Assembly: GCA_044440125.1 (NCBI GenBank)
Contig: JBITAJ010000017.1
Location: 64,001-128,000 of the forward strand
DNA length: 64,000 nt
Origin: Sedimentisphaeraceae bacterium JB056
GTDB taxonomy: Bacteria > Planctomycetota > Phycisphaerae > Sedimentisphaerales > Sedimentisphaeraceae
Direction of reading: 5' to 3'
Below the pieces are notes generated by a model. It ran no database searches. It saw only the letters and a program-made list of their open reading frames with translations, and had not been told where the DNA came from. Shown here piece by piece: positions 50,316 to 61,481 of the stretch. A program made the translations under genes and the position numbers. Every line of letters starts with the position of its first letter. The stretch's first letter is position 1.

Positions 50316-52595
50316 TTATTCCCCAGGCTCTACAACGCCTTTGAGAAATAGGTAGCTCTCTGGAGAGATTCGGCTTACGGGTTCTTGATCAGGATACATT
50401 TTTGCGAATTTCTTCCTGAACATTTTTTCAATTTGAAGTGCCGCAGCAAATTCGTTATTGGCCTCTTCCGGCCTATCCTGCAGAAACAGTATTTTGCCAA
50501 GTTCGAGATGAAGTTCTGACTTACCGGGGTATCTTGCTAATGCCATTCTGTAAGCGTCTTCAGCTTCAATAAGCAGCGTTTTTCTCTTGTAAGTTTGTGT
50601 GTTGCCAGCCATTTCCCAGCGTACTTTGCCGAGATTCATGTAGTTCTTGAAATCAGCAGGATTTTTCTTTATAGCCATGCTGAAATATTTCTCCGCCAAT
50701 GCCAGATTGTTCTTGTTTTGTACTGTTTCATATTCGTTCCATAGTACTTTGGCGATAAATGGCGACATAGTGCAATCAAAAGGATCGCAGTTTCCTGCCT
50801 GGGTTATGTACTCAACATTCAGCTTTTTGTGAGCGAATGCTTTATGCAGTTTTGTAGTAGCACATATAACCGGCAAGTAACCAAGCCAGATGATAACTAC
50901 TAAGCCGGCAATACCCAGAGCAGAGATTATTATTGCGTCAGGCCGGTCTATCTGAATCAGCCAACCGAAACTATTCTGTCTGTATTTGCTTATTGAAACA
51001 AAGCATGCTGTGCTAAGGAACAACATACACATTACACCCGGTTCAAAGATGGCAAAGTCTATCAGATTATGTATCAGCATTGCGATTATGCCGCAAAACA
51101 TTGCCGCCTGCATATATTCAATATCAATATCTTTGTCGATTGCTTTGTCAAGCAGCCATATAGTCAACAGTAAGATAAATGCCGGGGCAGCATACATCAC
51201 TATCATTATATACAACATTACACCTGTGTCGTCGGTTCCTTCCACTGGTATTAGGAGAGGTCTTATGATGAATAAAATCAGTGTTATAAGACCTGCGATA
51301 GAGTATCTTAATATCTTCCTGTCAGTCGAAGTGTCTTGAATTGTGATGTTTTCAGGGTGTTCTATCTTGATTTTCGGCATTATTACTTTTGTCAAGGGTA
51401 TGAATATCAGAAGCCCGAATCCTATCAAACCGAATATGCCGTATTGTGCTGCGATACTTAAAATCATATTGTGAGGGTCAAGTACGGTTTCTATTGCAGC
51501 CGGTTGCTTATAAAGTGTGTAATAATAGCCGAAGTTGCCTCCTCCGATTCCTGCCAGGAAGTTGTCAGCTATTATTCTTGCTGCTGCGAACCAGTATTCA
51601 GCCCTGACAAGCATTGAGTTACCGCCTGGAAGGTAAGCTGTCTTTGCCGCATAACCTGTTATTATTACTAATAATAGTCCGCCTCCGAGAAAGGTTGTCA
51701 TGAACAATATATTACGTTTTCCAGCAATCAGTTTATTGAAATATGTCCATGCCAACAGCATCATTACCCCAATTAAGCAAGCCAGACCCGCTCCTTTGCT
51801 TGTTGAAGCGATGAAACAGGCTATCTGAACGACCAATATGAAACCTATTATTGCAATATCAATGGGGTTTTGTTTTGTTCTAAGAAATTTCCTGAATTTT
51901 CCGGCCATCAAACCTACTGTTGTAAACCCGGTTAGTATCAGAAATGACCCCAAGGAGTTGCCAGTGGTAAAATAGCCCTTGATGTCTTTTGAATAAAGTC
52001 TGTGTTCGTATAGAAATGCTTGAAGGGTGCCTGGCTCAATTCCGATTTTATTTAGTTGTATTTCCGGATTCTCTTCGTATTGCTCTATCATATAGTCGTT
52101 GCTGGTCGTGAATTGATTGAAGCTTTCGTAGCAGTTTACGACGGCAAGTGATGCAATTATTATGGCAACGAATCGTATTGTAGATATTCTCTTGAGCATT
52201 TGAACCATAAATATACCGATTATGATTCCGCTGGCGAGTGTTAGATAGGCGTTTATTGATGCGCGGCTATCTGAAGCGAAAAATGTCGCTAACCCTGCTG
52301 CAAGGGTTAATATTGTAAAGCCTGTTATGAACCCGCTAATTCTGAATGTGAATTCTCCTCTTATCAGGTTTACTGTTGCCCATATTGCAGCTGTTAATAT
52401 TATCAAAATAGAGAATGTAAGACTTTGTGATATTGAAACATAATCAATTAGTATTGACAGGCCTGAGGATGTGAGTGATTCAGTGTGAGTGCAGCGTAAT
52501 GCTATTATGCACAAAACTATGCTTAGGAGTATATACTCAAAGCGTCTTTGAAAAGTACTTCTTTCATCTGGTTGGGTTAGTCGTCTGATACGCAT
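50316..52595 (-). CDS. O-antigen ligase/O-oligosaccharyltransferase-like membrane protein with C-terminal TPRs
   Basis: Multi-TM; TSKGA, VRAEYW, GIGGGNFG, DPHN; TPR-like tail. Confidence 0.85.
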   Translation of the reverse strand: MRIRRLTQPDERSTFQRRFEYILLSIVLCIIALRCTHTESLTSSGLSILIDYVSISQSLTFSILIILTAAIWATVNLIRGEFTFRISGFITGFTILTLAAGLATFFASDSRASINAYLTLASGIIIGIFMVQMLKRISTIRFVAIIIASLAVVNCYESFNQFTTSNDYMIEQYEENPEIQLNKIGIEPGTLQAFLYEHRLYSKDIKGYFTTGNSLGSFLILTGFTTVGLMAGKFRKFLRTKQNPIDIAIIGFILVVQIACFIASTSKGAGLACLIGVMMLLAWTYFNKLIAGKRNILFMTTFLGGGLLLVIITGYAAKTAYLPGGNSMLVRAEYWFAAARIIADNFLAGIGGGNFGYYYTLYKQPAAIETVLDPHNMILSIAAQYGIFGLIGFGLLIFIPLTKVIMPKIKIEHPENITIQDTSTDRKILRYSIAGLITLILFIIRPLLIPVEGTDDTGVMLYIMIVMYAAPAFILLLTIWLLDKAIDKDIDIEYMQAAMFCGIIAMLIHNLIDFAIFEPGVMCMLFLSTACFVSISKYRQNSFGWLIQIDRPDAIIISALGIAGLVVIIWLGYLPVICATTKLHKAFAHKKLNVEYITQAGNCDPFDCTMSPFIAKVLWNEYETVQNKNNLALAEKYFSMAIKKNPADFKNYMNLGKVRWEMAGNTQTYKRKTLLIEAEDAYRMALARYPGKSELHLELGKILFLQDRPEEANNEFAAALQIEKMFRKKFAKMYPDQEPVSRISPESYLFLKGVVEPGE

Positions 52596-53632
52596 TTTAT
52601 GCCTGTTGTTTCAAGAATAGCGATTATCAAGAGTATCATTATTGTTTGTATAAATATAATTATTGCTTGCGGCATTGTCGCCTGAAATAAAAATACTGCT
52701 CCAAGCCCGGTACAGAGCGTTGCAAGGTAAAGTGTCAGTGCTACTTGCGTGTCGCTGAGGCCACGGCGTTTTAAACGGTGTGAAAAATGCTGCGTGTCAC
52801 CTACAAAGGGGCTTTTGCCTTGTTTAAGTCTTAAAAGAGTTACGCTTAAGAAGTCGTAAAGCGGTACGGCCATGGCAATCAGCGGTACGAACACCGCCGC
52901 AGGTGCCTGAGCTCCACTTCCTTGATGGTAATAGGTTGTTTTGAGCGTCATTGCGCCTACGGCAAATCCTATTACGAATGATCCGGCATCACCCATGAAT
53001 ATTTTTGCGGGTGGAAAGTTGAAAGCCAGAAATCCTGCCAGTGCTCCGATAACAACGAGCATAAATACAGCATTGGCTCTTTCTCCGCTGATGATAGCTG
53101 AACTGCATAGAATTGATATTGAGATAGCTGCTATTCCAGCTGAAAGTCCGTCCATATTGTCGAGAAAGTTGAATGCGTTTATTAATAAAACTATCCAGAA
53201 GGCACTCATGCATGTAGTGATGATCTTGTTTTCAATGAACAGTTCTACTCTTACGTCTGCCCAAATTGCGGCAATTATTGCAACCGCGAACTGGATTATG
53301 AGCTTGAATAAAGGGCTTAGGTGTTTTATGTCATCTACTAAACCAAGGATGAAAAGTATGGTTATCAGTACCGTTATGATTGCGAAATTGAGGCCTTCGG
53401 ATGAGTCAATTCCAAGTCTGCCGATTAGCAGGCATCCTGTCGTTGTGAATGCGGCTATTGTGAAGAATATACCGATGCCGCCTCCCAGAGCTATGATGTT
53501 CTGGTTGTAGCGGTCAGCTCTTGGCATTGATACAAACCCCCTCTTTAGAGATATGTAACGAACAACAGCAGTTGCCGCAAGAGCTGTTAAAAATGCCGGT
53601 ATGAGCGTTTTAAGTATCAAACTTACACCCAT
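52577..53632 (-). CDS. wecA: WecA/TagO-family polyprenyl-phosphate GlcNAc-1-P transferase
   Basis: GLVDD, NAFNFLDNMDGL, FNFPPAKIFMGDAGS, HFSHRL. Confidence 0.88.
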   Translation of the reverse strand: MGVSLILKTLIPAFLTALAATAVVRYISLKRGFVSMPRADRYNQNIIALGGGIGIFFTIAAFTTTGCLLIGRLGIDSSEGLNFAIITVLITILFILGLVDDIKHLSPLFKLIIQFAVAIIAAIWADVRVELFIENKIITTCMSAFWIVLLINAFNFLDNMDGLSAGIAAISISILCSSAIISGERANAVFMLVVIGALAGFLAFNFPPAKIFMGDAGSFVIGFAVGAMTLKTTYYHQGSGAQAPAAVFVPLIAMAVPLYDFLSVTLLRLKQGKSPFVGDTQHFSHRLKRRGLSDTQVALTLYLATLCTGLGAVFLFQATMPQAIIIFIQTIMILLIIAILETTGIKCVSDD

Positions 53633-53924
53633 GATACGAATTATGCCTTCAATGTTCCTGTTAATATTTTTTAATGTTTCAGATTGGCAGTTTCAGGCTT
53701 ATAATACCCATAATAATACCTATTATCGCCAAATAATACCATAATAGGAATTGTGAAACAAGTATATTCTTAATAGTGGTTTTATTCTTGACTTTGAGGT
53801 TGGGTTAGGCTAAATTCGTTTTATGGCTGGTATGGTCTTGCTATGCACCAAATCATTGGGAGGCCTCAAGCCATTTTATATTTTGGATACGATTTATACT
53901 CTAAGTACGAAAAGGTATTTATAT

Positions 53925-54251
53925 ATGATTCAGTGCAAAGATTGTGAATATTACAGTATTGGTCCTGATGGGAGCCGTGTTTTTAAGTGCAATCCGTTTG
54001 AAAATATCATAGAGCCCGAATGCCTGCAGAAGTGGCAGTTGATGCGGCTTGATATGATGCTTGCGACCCAGCAAAGTCTCTATCAGAGTAATCAAAAGCT
54101 CGCTCCATTGCAGGATAAGCTTATAAAGTATGTTGAGCGGGAAATTGATGATATTGATGAGGCAGATAGCTGGAAATACGGCGATGATGAATTTGAGGTT
54201 GATGATGAATACGAAGATGATGATTACGATGATTTTGATTTTAGAAAATGA
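53925..54251 (+). CDS. Hypothetical Cys-containing protein with acidic tail
   Basis: MIQCKDCEY...CNPF...EPECLQKW; D/E-rich C-terminus; AAGGT SD. Confidence 0.75.
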   Translation: MIQCKDCEYYSIGPDGSRVFKCNPFENIIEPECLQKWQLMRLDMMLATQQSLYQSNQKLAPLQDKLIKYVEREIDDIDEADSWKYGDDEFEVDDEYEDDDYDDFDFRK

Positions 54252-54347
54252 GTAGGGTGGTGTAAATATTACGATTTGATTAGTTATTTTTGAAAATCAG
54301 ATTGACTTGGTTTTCTTTGTAAATAAAATAGACCGCTTAAAATCAAA

Positions 54348-54422
54348 CGGGGTGTGGCTCAGCTTGGCTAGAGCGTTGCGTTCGGGACGCAAAGGTCGGA
54401 GGTTCGAATCCTCTCACCCCGA
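54348..54422 (+). tRNA. tRNA-Pro(CGG), CCA not encoded
   Basis: CGGGGTGTGGCTCAG...TTGCG-TTCGGGA-CGCAA...GGTTCGAATCC...CACCCCGA; upstream TTGACT-16-TAAAAT. Confidence 0.97.
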
Positions 54423-54426
54423 TTTG

Positions 54427-54465
54427 AAAGCCGCAGGTAGACGATATCTACCTGCGGCTTTTTTT
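54427..54465 (+). terminator. Intrinsic terminator after tRNA-Pro
   Basis: AAAGCCGCAGGTAG/CTACCTGCGGCTTTTTTT. Confidence 0.9.
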
Positions 54466-54675
54466 ATAATTAGGCCTGCTACTGGCAGAAAAGATACATA
54501 TAAATGCTTAAACAGGTTTAGTATGAAGTGTTTATTGTTTGATTTTATAAGTCTATTATTCATAGTGTTTTGTGTTGAAATATTGTTTTGTGCTTGTAAA
54601 ATTGTTATTTTATATTACTCTTTTAGTCTGATGTAAGGGTTTCATTCACCCGGTATTCTGAAGAGTGTGAATATA

Positions 54676-55689
54676 ATGAGCAAAAGACGTACAACTTTAA
54701 TTAATATATCTCAATATCTTATCATTTTATTGATACTGCTTTCGATATATGGGGCGTTTATTGGTGCGGAAAGGGCAAAGAGTCTTTTTAACAGTACTCT
54801 AATGATTGTTTTATGGGTGTCAATACTGCTTATTTTCATAATAGGTTCTGTAGTATTCAGTTCCCTCAGAAAGAATGTTTCTCTCGCACTTATCCATATC
54901 GCGCCGGTCCTGATAATAATTGGTGGAATGATTGGTTCAGAGAAGGGGCATCAACTCCAGAAGAAATATCTTGGTATTGAAAAAGCGTATTACGGTACCA
55001 TGCTCATATATGAAGGTTCTGAGTCTGATAAGATATATTTAGATGGCAATTCCTTTGTTCAGCTTCCGTTTTCATTGAAACTTCGTGATTTTAAGGTGTT
55101 GTATTACCAAAAGGATACTCTATACCTTGATGCTGGCGGCGGCGATATACAGTCTTATGATCTTGGTGATGATTCTTCCATAGTGTTTGAAGACGGTACG
55201 AGGCTTGAAGTTGTAAAGAGATTTGATAATCTAAGAGTAGATCTTAATGGTAAAGATCGACAGATAATTGATAAGCCCGGCGAGGGGCTTAATTATGCTG
55301 CACAGGTTCGGATAATCTATCCTAACGGCAAGACGATTACAAGATATGCCTTTAAGTCAGGCCTTGTTTCAGGGGGAGCTATGAGTGCTGATCATATTTC
55401 CTATCACAGGACTATAAGAGATTATATAAGTTCGATTGATGTTATAGAAGACGGTAAAACCATAAAAACTGCTGAGATTGAAGTAAATAAGCCGCTCCAT
55501 TATGGAGGATATCACTTTTATCAGTCTTCTTATGATAGCAAAAGAGGGCAATATACCGTATTCTCAGTTCATTCTGATTCCGGATCAATGATATCATATA
55601 TTGGCTTTATAATGCTTGCAGTGGGTATATTCTGGAGATTTTGGTTCGGCAAGATTTTTGTGTTTAGAAAGGGGCTTAATGGAGATTAA
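54676..55689 (+). CDS. resB: Cytochrome c biogenesis protein ResB/Ccs1-like
   Basis: LIH....IIIGG TM; IEVNKPLHYGGYHFYQSSY; D.G..I.Y.G. Confidence 0.85.
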   Translation: MSKRRTTLINISQYLIILLILLSIYGAFIGAERAKSLFNSTLMIVLWVSILLIFIIGSVVFSSLRKNVSLALIHIAPVLIIIGGMIGSEKGHQLQKKYLGIEKAYYGTMLIYEGSESDKIYLDGNSFVQLPFSLKLRDFKVLYYQKDTLYLDAGGGDIQSYDLGDDSSIVFEDGTRLEVVKRFDNLRVDLNGKDRQIIDKPGEGLNYAAQVRIIYPNGKTITRYAFKSGLVSGGAMSADHISYHRTIRDYISSIDVIEDGKTIKTAEIEVNKPLHYGGYHFYQSSYDSKRGQYTVFSVHSDSGSMISYIGFIMLAVGIFWRFWFGKIFVFRKGLNGD

Positions 55690-56467
55690 GGCATCATTTT
55701 TAGGAGTGCTTCTGTATTCATCGTTGCTTCTTTATGCAATATCTGCAGTATTAATGACTGTCAGAGGTGTTAAAATTGGCAAGTTATTGTTTTTTTGGGG
55801 CTTTATATTCAATTTTTCTGCATTGATATATCGCTGGGTATCTGTAGACCATCTGCCTATGCAGACATTGTTTGAGATATTTCTATGGTTGACAGCTCTT
55901 GTTTACCCGCTTTCATGTTTCACTAAGAAATATATTGATTATGATACATTCAGACTTGATGTTTTCATTGCTCTTGTTCTTGTATTTCCTGCCGCTTTTG
56001 TGTTTGACGGTTCACCACGGCAGTTGCCCCCTGCTTTGCAATCGGCATTTTTTGGCCCGCATGTAGCGGCCTATATGTTTTCATACGTATTAATGTTTAA
56101 GGCATCGGCTCTTTCTATATTAGCTATGTGGTCGCTCAATGATAAAAAAAACATGATAATGGCTGAGAAGAGGAGCTATAAGCTGGTTTGTCTGGGATTT
56201 CCGCTTTTAACTCTTGGTTTGCTTCTTGGTTGTTTTTGGGCAAAGGTTGCATGGGGCAGGTTCTGGGGATGGGACCCAAAGGAGCTCTGGTCGTTTATAA
56301 GTTGGCTTGCTTTTGTCCTATATTTTCACTATAGGTACCAGAATGGTACAAAAAGAGTTTTGATAAATCATTTGTTGGTCAATATAGGTATGTTTTTTAT
56401 TGTTGTAACGCTTGTATGGGTCAATTTGTCAAGAATATTTACAGGTTTACACAATTACGCAAGCTAA
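55679..56467 (+). CDS. ccsA: Cytochrome c biogenesis protein CcsA
   Basis: HLP....E, PALQS...HV, WAKVAWGRFWGWDPKE, GLHNYA. Confidence 0.92.
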   Translation: MEIKASFLGVLLYSSLLLYAISAVLMTVRGVKIGKLLFFWGFIFNFSALIYRWVSVDHLPMQTLFEIFLWLTALVYPLSCFTKKYIDYDTFRLDVFIALVLVFPAAFVFDGSPRQLPPALQSAFFGPHVAAYMFSYVLMFKASALSILAMWSLNDKKNMIMAEKRSYKLVCLGFPLLTLGLLLGCFWAKVAWGRFWGWDPKELWSFISWLAFVLYFHYRYQNGTKRVLINHLLVNIGMFFIVVTLVWVNLSRIFTGLHNYAS

Positions 56468-56957
56468 TTTCTTATTTTTGTATCCATAATTGTGTTAGTG
56501 AAATATTAGGATATTTTCTTGGGATTTATGCAGTTAATTTGGTATAATATACACACATATTTATTAAGGTTTTATCCAAATCTATTTGCACGATTGTATT
56601 CATCCGATTTCACACTATAAAAATCCATAAATGTGAGAATATAATACAAACTATATTGCTCTTTTCGCGCCAATAACTTGATTATTTGCCGTTAAAAGGC
56701 TCTTTTGTTTTTTTGCGGATATTAGTAAATGGTTTATATAATATATCATTAAGCTAAATCAGTGTATTTTTGAATAGTAAGCGATTTGCTATAATAGCTT
56801 ACATAATATAGTTGGTGAGATTGTATATTAATCAACTATTTACAATTAACTGTTTATAGGACTTGTGTTATGTTTTGTGTTACAAGCCTGAAATGTAAAA
56901 GTTTTTGTTTTATAGCTTTTAGCGATGTTTTTACAAAGAGAGCTTAAAGGAATAGGG

Positions 56958-58364
56958 ATGTTAGAAAGTTTAAGAATAAGCCGTAGAGATTTTATGAGGC
57001 GTGCTGTTGTAGCAGCGAGTGCAGCAGGAGTCGGTTTGAGCGGTTTGTCTTGTGCTGGATCTCAGGGCTTTTCTGCAGATAAACGACCTAATATCATAGT
57101 TATAGTACCTGATGATCTCGGTTATCATGATCTTGGATGCCAGGGATGCGAAGATATTCCTACCCCCCACATTGATTCAATAGCGGCCAACGGAGTTCGT
57201 TTTACTGATGCGTATGTAACTGCACCGGTATGCAGCCCGAGCAGGGCGGGACTTGTTACCGGCACCTATCAACAGCGTTTCGGATATGAATACAATATAG
57301 GGGAGCCCGGCGAGGGAGAGGATCCCGATCCTACACGCGGAATACCCCAAAATATTAAAAATATCGCGGAATACCTCCAGCCTGCCGGTTATAACACTGC
57401 GGCTATAGGTAAATGGCACTTAGGTTTGACAGATGAATATTTGCCGAATAACCGCGGCTTTGATGAGTTTTTCGGATTCAGAGGCGGCTGTATTAATTAT
57501 TATGAAGTTGATCCGCCTCAAAGCGGTGATGCTCTGGCCTGGTATCAGGATATGTACCGCAATAACAAGGTTATCGAAGAGAAAGAATATCTGACGGATG
57601 CTTTTGCACGCGAGGCAGAGAAATTCATCAATAAGCAGAATGATGAGCCGTTTTTTATGTATCTCGCATTTAATGCTGTTCATATGCCTTTACAGGCTAC
57701 CCAAAAATATGAAGCCAGATTTGAGGGCAAGATAGATGATTCCACTCGCCTTACCTATGCTGCGATGACTTCAGCTATGGATGATGCCGTGGGCAGGGTG
57801 CTCAAAGCCTTGGAAAATAAGGGAATAACCGAAGATACGCTGATTTTCCTTGTAAATGACAATGGCGGCCCGCCTGATACAGGAGCAAGCAATGCTCCTC
57901 TCCGCGGCTGGAAATCACGGCTTTATGAGGGCGGTATAAGGGTGCCTGTATTAATGCAGTGGAAGGGCAAAATACCTGCGGGAATGGTTTATTCCGAGCC
58001 GGTTATTTCCATTGATGTGGTTCCTACGGCACTTGCCGCCACTGATATAGAACCCGGAAAAAATGTTGAAGGCGTTAATTTGCTTCCTTATCTTACCGGC
58101 GATAAAACTGATGCACCCCACGATATGCTTTTCTGGCGTTATGGTAATGTATGGGCCGTTCGCAAGGGGAAATGGAAAGCCTTAGGAAGAGAATCTACAG
58201 GGATTATAGCCCTTTACAATCTGGAAGAGGATATAAGAGAAAAAAATGTCGCAGAGCAATATCCTGATAAGGTTAAAGAGCTGCGTGAAGAATATTTGAA
58301 ATGGAACAGTAAGAATACTGAAGCTGCATGGCCCAGACCGGTGAATTTCCCTACTGTGTCATGA
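56958..58364 (+). CDS. Tat-exported formylglycine-dependent sulfatase
   Basis: SRRDFM Tat signal; PNII...DDLG; CSPSRAGLVTG; GKWHLG. Confidence 0.95.
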   Translation: MLESLRISRRDFMRRAVVAASAAGVGLSGLSCAGSQGFSADKRPNIIVIVPDDLGYHDLGCQGCEDIPTPHIDSIAANGVRFTDAYVTAPVCSPSRAGLVTGTYQQRFGYEYNIGEPGEGEDPDPTRGIPQNIKNIAEYLQPAGYNTAAIGKWHLGLTDEYLPNNRGFDEFFGFRGGCINYYEVDPPQSGDALAWYQDMYRNNKVIEEKEYLTDAFAREAEKFINKQNDEPFFMYLAFNAVHMPLQATQKYEARFEGKIDDSTRLTYAAMTSAMDDAVGRVLKALENKGITEDTLIFLVNDNGGPPDTGASNAPLRGWKSRLYEGGIRVPVLMQWKGKIPAGMVYSEPVISIDVVPTALAATDIEPGKNVEGVNLLPYLTGDKTDAPHDMLFWRYGNVWAVRKGKWKALGRESTGIIALYNLEEDIREKNVAEQYPDKVKELREEYLKWNSKNTEAAWPRPVNFPTVS

Positions 58365-58399
58365 ACTGAAAGTAAATAAATCATAAATAGGAGCTGATT

Positions 58400-59287
58400 A
58401 TGACTGGAAAAATACGGAAAAATGTTATTGCTAAAGGCTTTACTCTTATAGAGTTGCTGGTAGTTATCTCAATCATCGCTGTTCTCATGGCTATTATGAT
58501 GCCGGCACTTCGCAAGGCCCGCGAGCAGGCGTACAGAGTAGTTTGCGGGGCTAATATGAAGCAGATAGGTTCTGCTACCGGTGCGTATATGGCTGATAAC
58601 AAGTATCTCTGGCATGATTTTAATTCAGGCGGGGGCGGACAGAATTATTGGGGACATAGAAATTATATTATTCATGCGTGGGGTGAGCCATACTATTCAA
58701 ATACACCTGATTCATTCTGGGTAAGCCATGGTAAACTCTTCGATCAGGATTATGTCGGAACGGCGAAAGTATTCTATTGCCCGGCTGATAAGATGAATGC
58801 GGGCACTTATGATCATCACTTCTCAGGTGATGAGCTTAAGCCGCAGTTTGAACGTAATTTTGTTCGCTGTAACTACATTTCCAGAAACTTTAATCTTTAT
58901 AAGGGAAAAGTGAGCTTGTTTAAGCCACTCTTGACCGCTGATAAAAATAATACAAGACATTTGACTCCTATTAAGTATTGTGACAGTAATATGTCAATAC
59001 TTGCTGATCGCTGGACTTACAGTGCCGGTGGAACTCATGGTAAGAAATATTACCAGAATCTGTATGTAGACGGCCACGTTGAGTCCTATAATGATTCTGA
59101 AAATAATATTGCAGCTCTTGGTGTTTATATGAGCAGCGATATTGATCCTGAGATTCAACTAAATATTAATGATCTTTTAAAGACTCCTCAAGAGGCTTTA
59201 CGTGATGCAGAAGACCGATTTGGTGCTATAGCTACCGATCTTCAGTGGGCAGCCGGTTGGCTCTATTTTGATCATCCGTCTGAGTGA
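58400..59287 (+). CDS. Prepilin-type N-methylation protein (DUF1559/H-X9-DG-like)
   Basis: [45 protein letters not shown]. Confidence 0.92.
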   Translation: MTGKIRKNVIAKGFTLIELLVVISIIAVLMAIMMPALRKAREQAYRVVCGANMKQIGSATGAYMADNKYLWHDFNSGGGGQNYWGHRNYIIHAWGEPYYSNTPDSFWVSHGKLFDQDYVGTAKVFYCPADKMNAGTYDHHFSGDELKPQFERNFVRCNYISRNFNLYKGKVSLFKPLLTADKNNTRHLTPIKYCDSNMSILADRWTYSAGGTHGKKYYQNLYVDGHVESYNDSENNIAALGVYMSSDIDPEIQLNINDLLKTPQEALRDAEDRFGAIATDLQWAAGWLYFDHPSE

Positions 59288-59343
59288 TTTTTGCGATTTT
59301 AAGTTTTTTTTAAGAATAGTTTATTTAAGTCATAGGAATATAT

Positions 59344-61422
59344 ATGCCTACTAAAATTAGTAAGACAGCTCTTTTGCTGACTGTTTTTTTAAGCTTTTTG
59401 GGATTAGCTAACGCAGATATTAAAGAGCCAGATCTTACTGCGGAAGATATTTCGAATAGTATAAGACAAGATTTGAAGCATCCATATCTTCATTTTACCG
59501 AAGCTGATAAACCGGCAATACGTGAACGCATACAAAACGATCCTATTTGTAAACGCATTTACGCAGAAATGAAGGAAAAGGCCGATTCTTACATAAACAG
59601 CAGTTCGCGTCCGCGTCGTCCCGATACTCAGGCTTTGGCATTTGTTTACCAGATGACAGGCGATAAGCGTTATGCCCAGAAGGCTTTTGAGTATATGCCT
59701 GACGAATATCCGGAGATCATCGGCTCTTTTGATTTGAATAACAGCCGCAAGTGCCGTGGGCTTGCCCCGATGTACGACTGGCTTTATACCGGTCTTACCG
59801 AAGAGCAGAGAGCTCATTTGCGAACTGGCTTAGAGCGTCAGCTTGCATTAGTAAAAAATAATTATGACAAGACGTGGTGGGTTACTGCATATAGATGCAA
59901 CTGGAACATGGTGTGTAACAGCTCTGTCGGTGTTGCCGCTGCGGCACTGCTGGCCGACGATTCTTCATGGGCAGATGTTATGGCGGATGCCTATAACAGC
60001 ATGTACAAGGCTTACGATGAACTTGGCAGAGACGGCGACTGGTGCGAGGGTGTTAATTACCGTTCCTACGGCGTTTTCGTATCTATGCTTTATGCAGATT
60101 CGCTTAAGATAATAACTGACGGCAAGCTCAATTTATTCGAACATGAAAAGATCAAGGCCAATCCGGTAAGCTTTATACTTCACACGCTGATACCTCCCGC
60201 TGCCGAGGATATGAAAATTGTTGATCCCAGAGGCAGAATCTGGAAGTCAGTCAATTATGAAGATTCCGGTGACAAGCGTGAGGACAGCCCATTCACTTAT
60301 AACAAAATGGCTCTCGAAACAGGTCGCGGAGAGGCAATCTGGATTCGCGATCATATTTTCGAGAAAGAAGCCGGAAGCAATGTATTTGATATAATCTGGT
60401 ATAAGCCTGATATTCCGGCGAGCGTTCCTCAAATTGCTTCAAAACACTTCCGTGATTATGACTGGTCGATAATGAGAAGTGATTTTGACAGTTATGATAA
60501 GGTGATCGTTTCTTCCGTTTGTGCCGAGCACTGGGATCCTACCAGAGAGGTATTTATAGTTCGTTTTCCCGGGGCAGATCCAATACCGGCTTCAGATAAG
60601 CCATATGGTATTGAGCTGAAAAAGAGTACGTATCATTTTTCTCATGGCCATCTTCATGCCGGTACTTTCAATGTTTACTGGCAGGGACAGGCGTTTATCT
60701 GCGATCTTGGCGTACCTTCCTATCCGAAGGATTACTGGAGTGCTGATAGATGGGATCATATATTTGCCAACAGTTTCGGTCATAACGTAGTTCATGTTAA
60801 TGATGAACCCCAGTATAGCGGCAGAGGCGTTGGCGGTGAAATAGTTGAATTCAGGACGAGCGAGGGCCGTGATTATACACTTATGGATCCAACAGGTGCC
60901 TACAGAGGACAAGAGCTTAAAGGCTGGAGACGTCATCTTGTACTTGACAAACCGACAACAACCGTTGTTCTTGACGAGATCAAGGCTGAAAAAGGCGATG
61001 ATATCAGTATACGTTTCCATTCGGATTGCGACACAGAGCATGTCGGCAGAGTGCTGATGCTCAACGGTGCCAATGGCAAGATGGCTCTTATACCGGTTAA
61101 CGATGAAATGTGGACATTCCAATCGGGACAGCACATTCTCAATAAAGATTATCCTGACTGGAGTAACTGGCATAAGAAGTTTGAAAACAACATCAGGGAG
61201 TATACTGACGTTATGATTAAGGCGTCAGGAGAGAATACGTTGGCAGCAACTATTATACTTCCTGTTAAAGATCTTGATGATGCAGAAAAAGTAGCGGCCT
61301 CGGCAACACTTAAAAAAGATTCCGATGGCATGGTAGTTATTTCATATCAGCAAAATGGTGAAACAAACGTATTCGAATTTGCCAATAAGGACGGATACTT
61401 GAGCTTGAAAGATACGGAATAA
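59344..61422 (+). CDS. Secreted heparinase II/III-like polysaccharide lyase
   Basis: HPYL, CNWN, DGDWCEG..Y, HGHLHAGTF, D.G...Y, GHNVV.VN. Confidence 0.82.
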   Translation: MPTKISKTALLLTVFLSFLGLANADIKEPDLTAEDISNSIRQDLKHPYLHFTEADKPAIRERIQNDPICKRIYAEMKEKADSYINSSSRPRRPDTQALAFVYQMTGDKRYAQKAFEYMPDEYPEIIGSFDLNNSRKCRGLAPMYDWLYTGLTEEQRAHLRTGLERQLALVKNNYDKTWWVTAYRCNWNMVCNSSVGVAAAALLADDSSWADVMADAYNSMYKAYDELGRDGDWCEGVNYRSYGVFVSMLYADSLKIITDGKLNLFEHEKIKANPVSFILHTLIPPAAEDMKIVDPRGRIWKSVNYEDSGDKREDSPFTYNKMALETGRGEAIWIRDHIFEKEAGSNVFDIIWYKPDIPASVPQIASKHFRDYDWSIMRSDFDSYDKVIVSSVCAEHWDPTREVFIVRFPGADPIPASDKPYGIELKKSTYHFSHGHLHAGTFNVYWQGQAFICDLGVPSYPKDYWSADRWDHIFANSFGHNVVHVNDEPQYSGRGVGGEIVEFRTSEGRDYTLMDPTGAYRGQELKGWRRHLVLDKPTTTVVLDEIKAEKGDDISIRFHSDCDTEHVGRVLMLNGANGKMALIPVNDEMWTFQSGQHILNKDYPDWSNWHKKFENNIREYTDVMIKASGENTLAATIILPVKDLDDAEKVAASATLKKDSDGMVVISYQQNGETNVFEFANKDGYLSLKDTE

Positions 61423-61481
61423 TCATCATTAGACGTTTTAATGTTATTTCACTTATTAATTTTTTTCAAGGAGATTAAATT

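Noticed and set aside
54348..54422. tRNA-Pro (and tRNA-Val) as an island integration site
   Set aside because: No duplicated tRNA 3' end and no integrase noticed in the window
54307..54636. 109-aa ORF
   Set aside because: Overlaps the tRNA-Pro gene and its terminator; spurious
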